Assembly: GCA_035762545.1 (NCBI GenBank) | Contig: DASTOM010000031.1 | Span: forward strand, 4,125-68,124 | Source: Acidimicrobiia bacterium | GTDB lineage: Bacteria > Actinomycetota > Acidimicrobiia > Spongiisociales > ZC4RG35 | DNA length: 64,000 nt | Direction: 5' to 3' | Part shown: piece by piece, positions 26,501-37,053 of the stretch | Layout of the letters: each line of letters starts with the position of its first letter | How positions within the stretch are numbered: position 1 is the first letter of the stretch | Made by a program: the position numbers and the translations under genes | Notes under the pieces: generated by a model | Database searches by the model: none | Seen by the model: only the letters and a program-made list of their open reading frames with translations | Told to the model about the DNA's origin: nothing

Positions 26501-27178
26501 TCAGGTGCCGAGCCGGTACCCGACACCCCAGACGGTCTCGATGGGGATGCCGTCGATCTTCTTCCGGAGCTGGCGAATGTGGACGTCGACGGTGCGGGTC
26601 TCGCCGAAGTACTCGTATCCCCACACCCCCCCGAGGATCTGATTGCGGCTCATGGCGAAACCCGCGTTCTCGGCGAGGAACCAGAGGAGATCGAACTCCT
26701 TCGCGGTCGGTTCCACAACCTCCCCAGCCGGAGTGGTGACCGTGCGTTTGCCCCCGTCGATTTCGTACTCGTCCACCTCGATGATGCGGGGCCGGGTCGG
26801 TGGCTCCTCCGACCGGCGCAGAACCGCCTTGACCCGCGCCAGGAGCTCGCGTGGAGAGAACGGCTTGGTCACGTAGTCATCGGCACCCATCTCAAGACCC
26901 AGGACCTTGTCGATCTCGGAGTCACGCGCCGTGAGCATGATCACCGGGGTCTGAGAGAACTCGCGGATGCGACGACATGTCTCGACCCCGTCGATGCCGG
27001 GCAGGTTCAGGTCGAGGAGGATCGCGGACACCGGTCTGATCCTGAGGCGCTCGACCGCCTCCTCGCCGGTCAGTGCGTGAAAGAAGCGATAACCGTCGCG
27101 TTCGAAGAAGGTACGCAGCATGTCGGCGATGGCGTCATCGTCTTCGACCAGCAGAACGGCGCGGGGGCTCGAGGACAT
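26501..27178 (-). CDS. OmpR/PhoB-family response regulator
   Basis: Receiver (LLVEDDDAIADML..ILLDLNLPGIDG) and winged-helix output domain (..TAKEFDLLWFLAENAGFAMSRNQIL..VDVHIRQLRKKI). Start at the ATG (MSSSPRAV). Confidence 0.85.
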   Translation of the reverse strand: MSSSPRAVLLVEDDDAIADMLRTFFERDGYRFFHALTGEEAVERLRIRPVSAILLDLNLPGIDGVETCRRIREFSQTPVIMLTARDSEIDKVLGLEMGADDYVTKPFSPRELLARVKAVLRRSEEPPTRPRIIEVDEYEIDGGKRTVTTPAGEVVEPTAKEFDLLWFLAENAGFAMSRNQILGGVWGYEYFGETRTVDVHIRQLRKKIDGIPIETVWGVGYRLGT

Positions 27179-27218
27179 TTCCCTAAGTGTGGCCTCGGAT
27201 TTGTAAAGAACCGGTGAA

Positions 27219-28016
27219 CTATCCCGGTGTTTTCGCCGGAAGACCGCGGACCGTGACACTGACCCCACCGGTCTGAAGCATCGCCCCGTCCTCGACTCCA
27301 CGCTTCACCATGGCCAAACCGATCGTCCCACTGGACGAGGTGACCATACCGGCCTCTTCGTCCCCGGATTTGAGCGGGCCGACGGCGATCGTTTCCTCGC
27401 CCTCGACGATGGCCAGGCGGCGGGGGACGTTGCCGCCCCGGCTGTCGATCCGGGCCACCAGCTCCTGACCGAGGAAGCAGCCCTTGGTGAAGTCGACGCT
27501 GGCCGGCACCAGGCCCGACTCGTGAGGGATGGTCGACTCGCTGACGTCGATCTCCCATGCAGGCTCGCCGGCGGCAATCCGTTGCCGCTCGTAGTCCCCG
27601 ACTGTTCCCACGGGGATATCGGGCGGCCTGCCGATGACGAGAGTACGGCTCACCCCGGGCCAGGAGATGTCATATCCCTCCCACGGCCCCATCACAACCG
27701 AAATCTGAGAGGGCTCGACATCGATCGACACGTCGACCCTGATCCGGTAGCGCCCCAGGGTGGCGGCGAGGTCCTCGCCCCGCCCAGGATCGGTCACCAA
27801 CCCGTACCGCTGACCGTCGAATATGACCCAGAGGATGAAATCGAGCTTTCCTTGTGGACCCAGCAGGAACGAGCGTCGTGCCTCTCCGACATCCATGTCC
27901 CCGATCTCCTGGCTGATCAGGTCGTTGAGGAACCGCTTCGCATCCGCCCCGTCGAACCAGACGACGTCGGGCGAAACCGGGGCGAGCCAGGGATTCTCAA
28001 ACATCCTGGAGTCCAC
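27219..28016 (-). CDS. ygfZ: YgfZ/GcvT-family folate-binding protein
   Basis: Signature KGCFLGQE (YgfZ KGC[Y/F]xGQE motif) in a 265-aa protein. Confidence 0.75.
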   Translation of the reverse strand: MDSRMFENPWLAPVSPDVVWFDGADAKRFLNDLISQEIGDMDVGEARRSFLLGPQGKLDFILWVIFDGQRYGLVTDPGRGEDLAATLGRYRIRVDVSIDVEPSQISVVMGPWEGYDISWPGVSRTLVIGRPPDIPVGTVGDYERQRIAAGEPAWEIDVSESTIPHESGLVPASVDFTKGCFLGQELVARIDSRGGNVPRRLAIVEGEETIAVGPLKSGDEEAGMVTSSSGTIGLAMVKRGVEDGAMLQTGGVSVTVRGLPAKTPG

Positions 28017-28782
28017 GAAGGAAGGGTACGGCGTCGAAGATCTCCACGAACCAGTTGGAGAGTCGGCCCAGGTTGTTGGTGACCATCACCACCCCGAAAA
28101 GGGTGAGCAGCACCCCGGAGACGATATTGATCGGCCTCAGGTAGGGCTTCAGTTTCCCGAAGAACTTGAACAGCCCGAGACCGGCGAGCAGAAACGGGAC
28201 GCCGAGACCGAGCGAATAGGCGACCAACAGGATGATGCCCTGAATGACGGTCTCCTGGGTGCCTGCGGTGAGAAGGAGGACCGAGAGGATCGGCCCGATG
28301 CAAGGCGTCCAGCCGAATCCGAAGGCCGCACCCATGACGGGCGGGGCCCACTTGCCCAGCCGGGACGGACGCACGTGGACCCGCTTCTCGGAATTCATCA
28401 CGGCGAGGAAGCCACGGTTCGAGATCGCCATCGCCACCATCAGCACCCCGAACGCGATGATCAACACCCCGGCGATCCGGGTGAATGTGGTCACGTTCGA
28501 TCTGAGGAACTGTCCGAATCCGGTGGCCCCTGCCCCGAGAGCGGCGAACACGACTGTGAACCCGAGGATGAACAACAGGATCACCCTCGTCATCCGGGCT
28601 GTCGAAACCTCCCCCTGCTCCAGCTGGACTGCCGAATAGCCGGACATCATCGACAGGTAGCCCGGAAGCAATGGCAACACGCAGGGTGAGATGAACGAGA
28701 TCACCCCGGCGCCGAACGCGACGACGAGTTGGACTATGTAGGCGGCGTCTCCGACGTTTTCGAACACTTGCAGGCACCCCAA
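27997..28782 (-). CDS. ccdA: Cytochrome c biogenesis / thiol-disulfide transporter CcdA (DsbD transmembrane-domain family)
   Basis: Six TM helices with the conserved Cys in ISFISPCVLPLLPGYL and a second in GFGWTPCIGPIL. Confidence 0.8.
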   Translation of the reverse strand: MGCLQVFENVGDAAYIVQLVVAFGAGVISFISPCVLPLLPGYLSMMSGYSAVQLEQGEVSTARMTRVILLFILGFTVVFAALGAGATGFGQFLRSNVTTFTRIAGVLIIAFGVLMVAMAISNRGFLAVMNSEKRVHVRPSRLGKWAPPVMGAAFGFGWTPCIGPILSVLLLTAGTQETVIQGIILLVAYSLGLGVPFLLAGLGLFKFFGKLKPYLRPINIVSGVLLTLFGVVMVTNNLGRLSNWFVEIFDAVPFLRGLQDV

Positions 28783-28839
28783 CAGGCTCGAGGGACCCAG
28801 ATCTTCCCACGCCCCGGGTTTAGCCCCGCTAAATCTCGG

Positions 28840-30024
28840 TCACGACCCGCAAAGCACGTCGTCGGCGAGACCAGGCAAGCCGGGATCCTCGCCGGAGCGC
28901 AGATTGAAGCCGATCACCACGGCATCGGCACCGTCGGTGGATGACATGGCGATCGAAGCCATTCCGTTCACCCCGCCCTCGTGACCGTAGAAGAGACCAC
29001 ACGAAGTCCCGTAACCCGCGAGTCCCAGACCGTATGTCGAGCCCGATTGGGGGCTTCCCGCCTGCATTTCGCGGGTCAACTCCTCGCCGACCAGGTCGCC
29101 GGTGACGATCGCCCGAATAATGGCGAGCAGCTCGGACGGGGTCGAGACGACGCCACCCGAAGCACCGTTTCCGAACGTGACCAGGTCGTCGGTGAGATCT
29201 ACGAGCGCGCCGTCGTCGACGTCGGTCCCGTACCCGTGGATGTCGGGGGTGCTCAGATGGGGTGGCGTCAGACTGGTCCGTACCAGTCCCAAGGGACCGG
29301 CGACAGTGCGGTCGATCAGGTCAGCCAGCGGTTCTCCCGTCGTTCCAGCGAGCACCATCCCGAGCAGCTGATAGTTGGTGTTGCTGTAGTGGATGTCGGT
29401 GCCCGGTTCGAAGTAACCGGGATGGGTTTCGGCGATGGCGACGACGATCCGGTCGGATGCAACCACCTTCTCCCCGGCGAGGTACCGATCGAGGACATTC
29501 TCGGCTTCGCGTCGCAACGCCGGGTCGGTGAGCCTCGGGATGTCGGCGATCGGATCACCATCCTGGGGATCGAATATCCCGCTGGTGTGGTCGAGGAGCA
29601 TCCGGAGTGTGATCTCGTCGTCGTGCGACACCACTCCGGGAAGATGTGAAGACAGCGGGTCGTCGAGTCGGAGCGTGCCAGCGTCGACCTGCGACAGCAC
29701 CACGGCGGCCACGATCGGCTTGGTGATGCTGGCGATACGAAAGGTCGAGTCAGCGGTGATCGGCCCTCCCTCCGTGGTGGCCGTGCCGGAGGCAGCGAAT
29801 CCGGTGAACCCGTCTCTGCTCAGGAGAACGAAGGCTCCGGGGGCTCCGTAGTCATCTCTCGCCCTGGAGATGAACCGCTTCAGGTCGCCGACGAAGTCGA
29901 CAGCTGTTGTGGTACCCGCATACCCAGCTGACCGGGGACCCGTCTCGGGGTCGGCTGCACATCCCGCCCCAACGACGGCGCACACCAGCCAGACGACGGC
30001 ACCGGTCCTGAATGACCGTCTCAT
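28840..30024 (-). CDS. Serine hydrolase of the beta-lactamase/PBP4-like (class C) family, lipoprotein
   Basis: Lipobox MRRSFRTGAVVWLVCAVVGAGC, then active-site motif SITK (S-x-x-K) in FRIASITKPI and a later YSNTNY (Y-x-N) motif. Upstream codons of the ORF are non-coding-like. Confidence 0.75.
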   Translation of the reverse strand: MRRSFRTGAVVWLVCAVVGAGCAADPETGPRSAGYAGTTTAVDFVGDLKRFISRARDDYGAPGAFVLLSRDGFTGFAASGTATTEGGPITADSTFRIASITKPIVAAVVLSQVDAGTLRLDDPLSSHLPGVVSHDDEITLRMLLDHTSGIFDPQDGDPIADIPRLTDPALRREAENVLDRYLAGEKVVASDRIVVAIAETHPGYFEPGTDIHYSNTNYQLLGMVLAGTTGEPLADLIDRTVAGPLGLVRTSLTPPHLSTPDIHGYGTDVDDGALVDLTDDLVTFGNGASGGVVSTPSELLAIIRAIVTGDLVGEELTREMQAGSPQSGSTYGLGLAGYGTSCGLFYGHEGGVNGMASIAMSSTDGADAVVIGFNLRSGEDPGLPGLADDVLCGS

Positions 30025-30120
30025 AGTGGGACTCTCCGGCCACCGGGCCCATGGCCGCAAGGGGAGAAATACCCGTTCGGACGTGTCTAACGCCGGAGCG
30101 CCTCCACCTACCCTCGCTCG

Positions 30121-31365
30121 ATGCGCTCCACGCTTCGTCGGGTACTGGACCCCCTGCTGCCCGTCGACCGCTTCACCTCTCTCGACAAGCGCATCGTGTT
30201 CATCATCTGGGTGGGTGGCGTGATTCAAGGCTTCGCCCAGTCCCAGGCCAGCGCCAGCCTGCCGTTCACCAGAGCAGGATTGGGGCTGACAGAAGGCGAG
30301 ATGAGCCTCCTTCTCGGTCTGGCGCGGCTCGCCGCTTTCGCAGCCCTCCCCCTTGGCTGGCTCGGAGACCACCGCGGGCGACGACGCCCCTACCTGGTGG
30401 CCATGACACTCATCATCGCCGGCGGCACTCTCGCCGGCCTTGTCTTCGAAGCCTGGCAGTTCGGCGTGTTCCAGGCCGTTCTACGGACCGGGACGGCAGC
30501 GGTGTCCGCGCTGGCCGTCGTGATCCTCGCCGAGTCGGTCACGCCGCACATCCGCGCCTACTCCATCTCCTTCTACGGAGCGGCGGTCTCGCTCGGCAGC
30601 GGCATGGCATTGATGGTCCTCCCCCTCGCCGACGGCGGTGGCAACGCCTGGCGCATCCCCCATCTCCTCACCGGACTCGGTTTTCTCCTCCTCCCGTTCC
30701 TCATCCGCGGAGTGCCGGAGAGTGGCATCTACGAGAAGGCCAGGCACGACGGTCACTGGCGTGAGTTGGTCGGCGGGATCTGGGCGCGACGCTTTTGGAC
30801 GATCGTGTCCATCAACTTCCTCGCGTCCGCATACGGAGCCGTGGGCGCCGCCTTCTACACAGCACGTCTCATCGACGGTGTCGGAATCGGAACGGGTCAG
30901 GCGGCTCTGATCCTCCTCGCCGGAGGCACTCTGGGTGGAATCGGGTTCTTCGTGGGCGGGCATCTGGCCGACTCGTGGGGAAGACGTCGCACCTCGATGG
31001 TCGCGCTACTCCTCACCATCGTGGGCGGTGTGACGCTCTACTCGACGACCTCGATCCCGCTGATCGTGTTGGCGGCGATGGTGTCCGGATTCGGCACGTT
31101 CGCCTTCGTCCCCGCCGGCGGGTCACACCGCGCCGAGTTGTTCCCGACCCATCTCCGCTCCAGCGCCAACACCGCCGCCACGAACTCGGCCGTGGTCGGT
31201 TCGGCGATCGGGCTCATCTCCGGTGTGTGGACTATCGATGCACTCGGACTGTCCAACACGATCTACCTGCTGGCGATCGGTACGGCTATCGCCGTGCTGT
31301 TGACGGCAACTCTCGACGAGACCAGGGGTCAGGATCTGACAGCAGTGACCACTGCTCGTCGGTAG
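30121..31365 (+). CDS. MFS transporter
   Basis: 12 predicted TM helices and a GWLGDHRGRRRP MFS motif between TM2 and TM3. Confidence 0.75.
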   Translation: MRSTLRRVLDPLLPVDRFTSLDKRIVFIIWVGGVIQGFAQSQASASLPFTRAGLGLTEGEMSLLLGLARLAAFAALPLGWLGDHRGRRRPYLVAMTLIIAGGTLAGLVFEAWQFGVFQAVLRTGTAAVSALAVVILAESVTPHIRAYSISFYGAAVSLGSGMALMVLPLADGGGNAWRIPHLLTGLGFLLLPFLIRGVPESGIYEKARHDGHWRELVGGIWARRFWTIVSINFLASAYGAVGAAFYTARLIDGVGIGTGQAALILLAGGTLGGIGFFVGGHLADSWGRRRTSMVALLLTIVGGVTLYSTTSIPLIVLAAMVSGFGTFAFVPAGGSHRAELFPTHLRSSANTAATNSAVVGSAIGLISGVWTIDALGLSNTIYLLAIGTAIAVLLTATLDETRGQDLTAVTTARR

Positions 31366-32636
31366 CCAGCCAGGAACACGATCCCCCGCAGGACGAGAAA
31401 CACCCCGAGAGCGACCCATATCCCGAGAAGGGAATCGCCAAGGGCAGACCATTGCATGAGGGCTATCGCGACGATGGCTCCGAGAGCGGTGGAGAGGGCC
31501 ATGGTCCCAACGGCGAGGAGACCGACGAAGATCCCGTCTGCGACGAACACGACTGCGGCCACCGGTTCGAGGAGTGCCGCCACTCCCGCAGCCTGGACCG
31601 CAAGATCGCCGACCTGGTCGTCGCTGGCCAGGAACCGCAGGCCATATCGGGCAAACCCGACGAACACAAGTAGGACCACCCCTACGAGAGCGCCCCATGC
31701 AAGAAGCCGACGCGAGAGGGCCCGTAGGGAGGCCTCGTCACCGGACCCGCTCTCATCCGCCACCATCGCCTGTGCCGCCACCTCGAGAGCATCGGCGAGC
31801 ATCGCTGAGAGCAGGAACAGCTGAACAGCCAACTGATGCGCGGCGATCTCCACGACACCGATGCGAGTTGCTGTGGCGGCGGCAAAGGTGAACGCGGCGA
31901 GCAGGAAAGCGGTTCTGATCATCAATAGCCCACCGTTGCGCCCCAGAGTCACCAGAGCCGGGACACTGTCGGCGAAGCGGCGGGGGCGGGTCGCCATCTG
32001 CCGGCTGACGATGAGACGGAGGAACCAGAAGGCGCCGACCCATTGTGCGATGACCGTGCCGATGGCGGCTCCCTCCAGACCCCAGCCGACGACGAAGATC
32101 AGGATCGGGTCGAGCACCAGGTTGATCCCGTTCACGCCCAGGGCGACAACGAAGGGGGTCTTGGTGTCCTTGTGACCCCTGAAGGTGCCGTGACCGGCGG
32201 TGACGATGAGGACGGCGACCGTGGCGAACGCCCGGATCCGGAGATAGCTGACCGCTTCGGTGGCCACCTCGCCCTCGGCACCCATCCACCCCACCAAGGT
32301 CGGTGCCAGCACCTCGACGAGGACCGTCATGATGATGCCGAGGAGGACGGCCAGGACGAGGACGGTTGCGACATAGTGCCTTGCCTCCTCGACCTCACCC
32401 TTTCCCAGCGCCTTGGCGACGAGAGGCGTGGTCACGAACGAGAGGAAGTTGAAGGCGAAGAAGGCGAGCGTGAGGATCGCGGCGTCAACCCCCAGCGCGG
32501 CCAGCTCGACAGTGCCCAGCCGAGCAACGAACGCCGTGTCAGCCAGGGTGAGGAGTGGGTCGATCGCAAGAGCACCGAGGGCCGGGACCGCCAGTCGAAA
32601 GATTTCTCTGTCGACCGGACGGAGCCTCGTCGTCAC
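31329..32636 (-). CDS. MATE-family efflux transporter
   Basis: 12 TM helices, N-terminal REIFRLAVPALGALAIDPLL typical of MATE. The start is uncertain: the annotated ATG overlaps nth by 67 nt, so a GTG near 32636 is used. Confidence 0.7.
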   Translation of the reverse strand: MTTRLRPVDREIFRLAVPALGALAIDPLLTLADTAFVARLGTVELAALGVDAAILTLAFFAFNFLSFVTTPLVAKALGKGEVEEARHYVATVLVLAVLLGIIMTVLVEVLAPTLVGWMGAEGEVATEAVSYLRIRAFATVAVLIVTAGHGTFRGHKDTKTPFVVALGVNGINLVLDPILIFVVGWGLEGAAIGTVIAQWVGAFWFLRLIVSRQMATRPRRFADSVPALVTLGRNGGLLMIRTAFLLAAFTFAAATATRIGVVEIAAHQLAVQLFLLSAMLADALEVAAQAMVADESGSGDEASLRALSRRLLAWGALVGVVLLVFVGFARYGLRFLASDDQVGDLAVQAAGVAALLEPVAAVVFVADGIFVGLLAVGTMALSTALGAIVAIALMQWSALGDSLLGIWVALGVFLVLRGIVFLAGYRRAVVTAVRS

Positions 32637-33325
32637 CTCGGTTTCTTCCCGGCCACCTCGAAGCGTTGCGGCCACTCGCACAGACGGAACATCTCGCACT
32701 CCCCGCAGCGGGGCCGTTGCGCGTCACAGGTGTCCCGCCCGAACTGGATGTATCTCATCGAGAGGCCGGACCAGGTCTCGACGGGGTACAGGGCCCTGAG
32801 ATCGGTCTCGATCTTCGCCGGGTCCGTCTGTTTGGTGAGGCCGAGACGAGTGGTGACCCGTTTGACGTGTGTGTCGACTGCGATCGCCGGGATGTCCCAG
32901 ACCTCTGCGAGGACCACCGACGCGGTCTTCCTTCCCACGCCTCGCAGCGTCACCAACTCGTCGAGCTCGGTGGGAACGACACCGTCGTGCTTCTCTTCGA
33001 TGTCCTGGGAGAGCTCGATGATCGACTTGGTCTTCTGCCGGAAGAACCCGGTCGAGTAGATGATCTTCTCGACCTCCTCGGGGTTGGCGTCTCCGAGCTC
33101 GGACGGCCCGGGAAACCGGGCAAACAGGTTTGGAGCCACCTTGTTGACGTTCTCGTCGGTGGTCTGTGCCGACATGACAGTCACGACGAGGAGCTGCCAT
33201 GGATTCTCGTAGTCGAGTGCCGTCTTCGCCTCGGGGTATCGGGCGATCAGACGGTTGAGCACGGCACGCGCCTTGCCCCGGTCTGATGCGCTCGGTGTTG
33301 ATCCGTCGGCTCTCACTCCAGGCAT
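32633..33325 (-). CDS. nth: Endonuclease III (DNA glycosylase/AP lyase)
   Basis: HhH-GPD motif LVTLRGVGRKTASVVLAEV, catalytic Lys context, and C-terminal 4Fe-4S Cys cluster CDAQRPRCGECEMFRLC. Confidence 0.9.
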   Translation of the reverse strand: MPGVRADGSTPSASDRGKARAVLNRLIARYPEAKTALDYENPWQLLVVTVMSAQTTDENVNKVAPNLFARFPGPSELGDANPEEVEKIIYSTGFFRQKTKSIIELSQDIEEKHDGVVPTELDELVTLRGVGRKTASVVLAEVWDIPAIAVDTHVKRVTTRLGLTKQTDPAKIETDLRALYPVETWSGLSMRYIQFGRDTCDAQRPRCGECEMFRLCEWPQRFEVAGKKPR

Positions 33326-33372
33326 GGACCCGACACAGTATCGGGACCGACCGGCGCCTCCCTACGCTCCCG

Positions 33373-34263
33373 GTGGTGTTTCAGTCCAGAGAGAGCCGGG
33401 CGGTGGGCGCGATCATCGCCGCTGCGTTCCTTTTCGGGGCGACGTTCGTGGTGGTCAAGTCGGCCCTGGACTCCATCGGTCCTCTCTCCTTCGTCGCCTG
33501 GCGCTTCCTGATCGGCTCATTGGTCCTCGGTGCGCTCGCCATTCCGCGGGGGCAGCCCATATGGAGACACGGTGCGCTGGCCGGCGTGGCCCTGTTCACC
33601 GGGTACGCGCTGCAGACGGCCGGGCTCCAGTTCACCACGGCGACCAACTCGGCCCTGATCACCGGGTTATATGTGATCTTCACCCCTTTCCTGGCTGCAC
33701 TCTTCGCAAGACGGGCCCCGAGCACGTGGGTCGTCGGAGCTGCAGCGCTCGCCTTCGGCGGCGTGTTCCTCCTCACCGGCATCGACGCCGAGAATCTCGG
33801 GCCCGGTGACCTGCTCACTGTCGGTTGCGCCCTCGCCTTCGCCTTCCACATCGTGGCCCTCGCCCGCTATGCCCACCGACATCCGGTGGTGCCGTTCACG
33901 ACCGTGCAACTGGTGGTGACAACGGTCCTCGCCTTCCCCGCCGCGTTGATCTTCGAAGGTGGTGTCGCCCTTCCCGACCGGTCGGTGTGGGGCGCACTCG
34001 CCATCACCGGCATCGGTGTGACTGCCGGTGCGTTCCTTCTCCAGATCTGGGCTCAGACCGTCGTGGGTGCGACCACTGCGGCGGTGGTTCTCGCCGCCGA
34101 ACCGGCATTCGGAGTCGCCGCGGGATGGGTGGTGCTCGGCGAGCGACTGACTCCGGCCGGGTGGCTCGGCGCCGCCTTCGTCGTCATCGCCATCTACCTG
34201 GTGGTCACGAGACAGAAGGATCAGGCCTCAAGGGATGCCGAGGCGGTCACACCCGCTCATTGA
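33373..34263 (+). CDS. EamA/DMT-family transporter
   Basis: Ten TM helices in two repeated halves. Start uncertain (GTG candidates at 33373-33378). Confidence 0.65.
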   Translation: MVFQSRESRAVGAIIAAAFLFGATFVVVKSALDSIGPLSFVAWRFLIGSLVLGALAIPRGQPIWRHGALAGVALFTGYALQTAGLQFTTATNSALITGLYVIFTPFLAALFARRAPSTWVVGAAALAFGGVFLLTGIDAENLGPGDLLTVGCALAFAFHIVALARYAHRHPVVPFTTVQLVVTTVLAFPAALIFEGGVALPDRSVWGALAITGIGVTAGAFLLQIWAQTVVGATTAAVVLAAEPAFGVAAGWVVLGERLTPAGWLGAAFVVIAIYLVVTRQKDQASRDAEAVTPAH

Positions 34264-34544
34264 GTGATCTGATAGGTGTCGGCCTGAAGCCGACGGGCCA
34301 ACCTCATCAGCAGACGGATCCCGGCGAGAACCAGGAACAACGCAGCAGAGAGGACGACTATGAGTTCGGGACCGGCGGAATAGGGACGGTGACACAACTC
34401 GAGCCCGTCCGGGCAGATGCCCCATCCGGTGCCGCCGCCGAGAAGGTCGATCAGGATGGCAATGGGGACGACGCCGATCGCCACCGCGGCGACGATGAGG
34501 AGAAACACTCCCAACCTGACGAAGAAAATGGCCACGACAACCAC
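34257..34544 (-). CDS. Small hypothetical membrane protein
   Basis: 95-aa ORF with two hydrophobic helices and reasonable GC3 but no recognisable motif. Confidence 0.3.
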   Translation of the reverse strand: MVVVAIFFVRLGVFLLIVAAVAIGVVPIAILIDLLGGGTGWGICPDGLELCHRPYSAGPELIVVLSAALFLVLAGIRLLMRLARRLQADTYQITQ

Positions 34545-34579
34545 AAGGTAACCATCGTGTGGTCGCTATCCGGTGACCT

Positions 34580-35050
34580 TCACGCCCGCTCGTAGGTGAC
34601 GAAGGCGAAGCCGTCGCGGTGGTCCCGGCCGGTCTCCCGCCATTGATCCCAGTCCACAGCAGGGAAGTAAGTGTCGCCGTCCGGGGCCACGTCCACCTCG
34701 GTGAGCTCCATCAAATCGGCGACCTCGAGACCGGCCCGATAGACCTCCGCCCCACCTGCGATGAAGGCATCACGCCCTGACTCATGGGCTACCCGAATCG
34801 CCGTCTCGAGCGACGCCGCCACCTCCACTCCCTCGTGGGCCCAGCCGGGGTTTCGGGTCAGGACGATCGTGGTCCGGCCGGGCAGCACCCGGCCGATCGA
34901 CTCGAACGTCGACCTCCCCATCACCAGCGCATGCCCCATCGTCATCTCCTTGAACCGGGACATGTCTTCGGGGATTCGCCAAGGAAGGCCGCCCTCGACC
35001 CCGATGACCCCGTTGCGACCAACGGCCGCAACTATGACGGTACGAGGCAC
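34580..35050 (-). CDS. folA: Dihydrofolate reductase
   Basis: IVAAVGRNGVIGVEGGLPWRIPEDMSRFKEMT.., a classic DHFR N-terminus, 156 aa, immediately downstream of thyA. Confidence 0.85.
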   Translation of the reverse strand: MPRTVIVAAVGRNGVIGVEGGLPWRIPEDMSRFKEMTMGHALVMGRSTFESIGRVLPGRTTIVLTRNPGWAHEGVEVAASLETAIRVAHESGRDAFIAGGAEVYRAGLEVADLMELTEVDVAPDGDTYFPAVDWDQWRETGRDHRDGFAFVTYERA

Positions 35051-35057
35051 CTGGCCT

Positions 35058-35852
35058 TCAGACCGCGATGGGGGCGCGGATAGCCGGGTGGGGGTCGTAG
35101 CCGAGCACCTCGACGTCCCCGATGACGAACTCGTCGATGGAACGGCGTTGCGGGTTGAGCCTCAGGGTGGGAAGCGGCCGGGGCTCCCTCTCCAACTGGA
35201 GACGGGCCTGATCGACGTGGTTGAGATAGAGGTGGGTGTCGCCGAGAGTGTGCACGAAGTCACCAGCTTCCAGATCGCAGACCTGGGCGATCATGTGAGT
35301 GAGCAGGGCGTACGAAGCGATGTTGAAAGGCACCCCCAGGAAGATGTCTGCGGACCGCTGATAGAGCTGGCAGCTGAGCCGCCCGTCCGCGACGTAGAAC
35401 TGGAACATCGTGTGGCACGGAGGGAGCGCCATCTCGTCGATGTCGGCGACGTTCCACGCGCTCACGATGTGCCGCCGCGAGTCCGGACTTGACTTGATCG
35501 ACTCGATCACCCGGGCTATCTGGTCGACATGTGACCCGTCGGGAGTGGGCCAGGAACGCCACTGATAGCCGTAGATCGGGCCCAGCTCCCCCTTGTCGTC
35601 CGCCCATTCGTCCCAGATCGTCACTCCATGGTCCTGGAGCCAGTCCACGTTCGTTGAGCCGCGCAGGAACCAGAAGAGCTCGCCGATCACAGACCGCAGA
35701 TGCACCTTCTTGGTGGTGACGACGGGGAATCCTTCCCCGAGGTCGAAACGCATCTGATGGCCGAAGACGGACAGGGTCCCGGTGCCGGTCCGATCGCTCT
35801 TCTCCACCCCTTCGGCGAGCACACGGGTGAGAAGGTCGTGATATTGCCGCAC
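35058..35852 (-). CDS. thyA: Thymidylate synthase (ThyA)
   Basis: ..[31 protein letters not shown].. and active-site ..[12 protein letters not shown]... GTG start at 35852 gives a 265-aa canonical ThyA; the longer ORF N-terminus is non-coding-like. Confidence 0.9.
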   Translation of the reverse strand: MRQYHDLLTRVLAEGVEKSDRTGTGTLSVFGHQMRFDLGEGFPVVTTKKVHLRSVIGELFWFLRGSTNVDWLQDHGVTIWDEWADDKGELGPIYGYQWRSWPTPDGSHVDQIARVIESIKSSPDSRRHIVSAWNVADIDEMALPPCHTMFQFYVADGRLSCQLYQRSADIFLGVPFNIASYALLTHMIAQVCDLEAGDFVHTLGDTHLYLNHVDQARLQLEREPRPLPTLRLNPQRRSIDEFVIGDVEVLGYDPHPAIRAPIAV

Positions 35853-35977
35853 CCCGCCATCGTAGGACCACCCGCGTCGCCATCGGTGCCATCCTCGAAG
35901 GTTCTCCACCAGTCTGTCCGGTTTGCCCGCGGCTGAGCCGCCTTTGACCCGCACAGAACGGGATTAGGGTCACGGAT

Positions 35978-36196
35978 ATGGCCCAATTCGACGTGGACGC
36001 GATGATCGAGAGGTTCGGGCAGCGGGCCCAGGCCGTCCGCGACCGCCCCCTCCCGCCGGTCGCGGGCGAAGAGCGCAAGAAGTTCATCGACCAGGCTCAG
36101 AACGACTACACGGACTACGCCCTCCTGGCCAACGCCACATGGGAGCTCGATGACACCCACCTCGTCCTGAAGATCCCACTCCAAGGCAACGACTGA
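35978..36196 (+). CDS. Small conserved hypothetical protein preceding the ArsA-like ATPase pair
   Basis: 72 aa with coding-like composition and high GC3, ending 15 nt before the next gene. Confidence 0.4.
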   Translation: MAQFDVDAMIERFGQRAQAVRDRPLPPVAGEERKKFIDQAQNDYTDYALLANATWELDDTHLVLKIPLQGND

Positions 36197-36210
36197 GAGA
36201 CGGAGCCCGG

Positions 36211-37053
36211 ATGCTCGACAAGCGTCTGGTGATCGTCTCCGGCAAGGGAGGGGTCGGGAAGTCGGCCGTGGCCGCCGGAATCGGCCTGATGGCCCAGCGC
36301 CACGGGCTACGCATCCTCGCCGTCGAGATGGAGACGGGTGGTGGCCTTGCCGCTCACTTCGGCGTCGGCCACCTCGAGTTCGAGCCACGCGAGGTGCGAC
36401 CCGGCCTCCACGCCATGCACATGGTCCGATCCGAGGCTCTACTCGAGTACCTCCAGCTCCAGCTCAAACTCCCCGGCATGGGCCGGTTCGGAGCAGTGGC
36501 CCGGGCGTTCGACGCGCTGGCGACGGCTGCGCCCGCCGTCCGTGAGATCGTCACGATCGGAAAGATCCTCTGGGAGGTGCGGGAGGACCGGTGGGACCTG
36601 GTGATCGTCGACGCACCACCCACCGGACAGATCGCCAGCTATTTGCGCGCGCCGAGATCGATCGCAGAGCTGGTGGCCACCGGGCGGATTCGTTCCCAAT
36701 CCGATTGGATGGAGGCAACACTGTCAGATCCCGCCATCACCGAACTCGTCCTGGTCACGCTCCCTGAGGAGCTGCCCACCACGGAGACGCTCGAGACCAT
36801 CGACTGGGTCAACGAGACCAAGGTGGTCGGGACCCCGACCGTCATAGCCAACCGGGTGCTGGAGGAGTTGAGGGCAAAGACCCCCGACGGGATCGCCGGT
36901 GAGATGGTCACGCTGCACAAGTCGCTGTGGACCGAACAGCAGGAGTGGCTCCACCGTCTTCCGCCCGACCTCGTCCTGCCCCACCTGTTCGGTCTTTTCA
37001 CCCCAGGAGAGGTGGCAGCGCATCTCAGCGACGACCTCGAGGTGCTGACGTGA
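36211..37053 (+). CDS. ArsA/Get3-family anion-transporting ATPase homolog (first of tandem pair)
   Basis: Deviant Walker A VSGKGGVGKS and DAPPTG, the ArsA family signature. Confidence 0.75.
   Translation: MLDKRLVIVSGKGGVGKSAVAAGIGLMAQRHGLRILAVEMETGGGLAAHFGVGHLEFEPREVRPGLHAMHMVRSEALLEYLQLQLKLPGMGRFGAVARAFDALATAAPAVREIVTIGKILWEVREDRWDLVIVDAPPTGQIASYLRAPRSIAELVATGRIRSQSDWMEATLSDPAITELVLVTLPEELPTTETLETIDWVNETKVVGTPTVIANRVLEELRAKTPDGIAGEMVTLHKSLWTEQQEWLHRLPPDLVLPHLFGLFTPGEVAAHLSDDLEVLT

Noticed and set aside
31753-32289. Several 100-200-aa ORFs overlapping the MATE, MFS and kinase genes in other frames
   Set aside because: They show Arg/Pro/Gly-dominated low-complexity translations characteristic of off-frame high-GC sequence. 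None has a ribosome-binding site or motifs.
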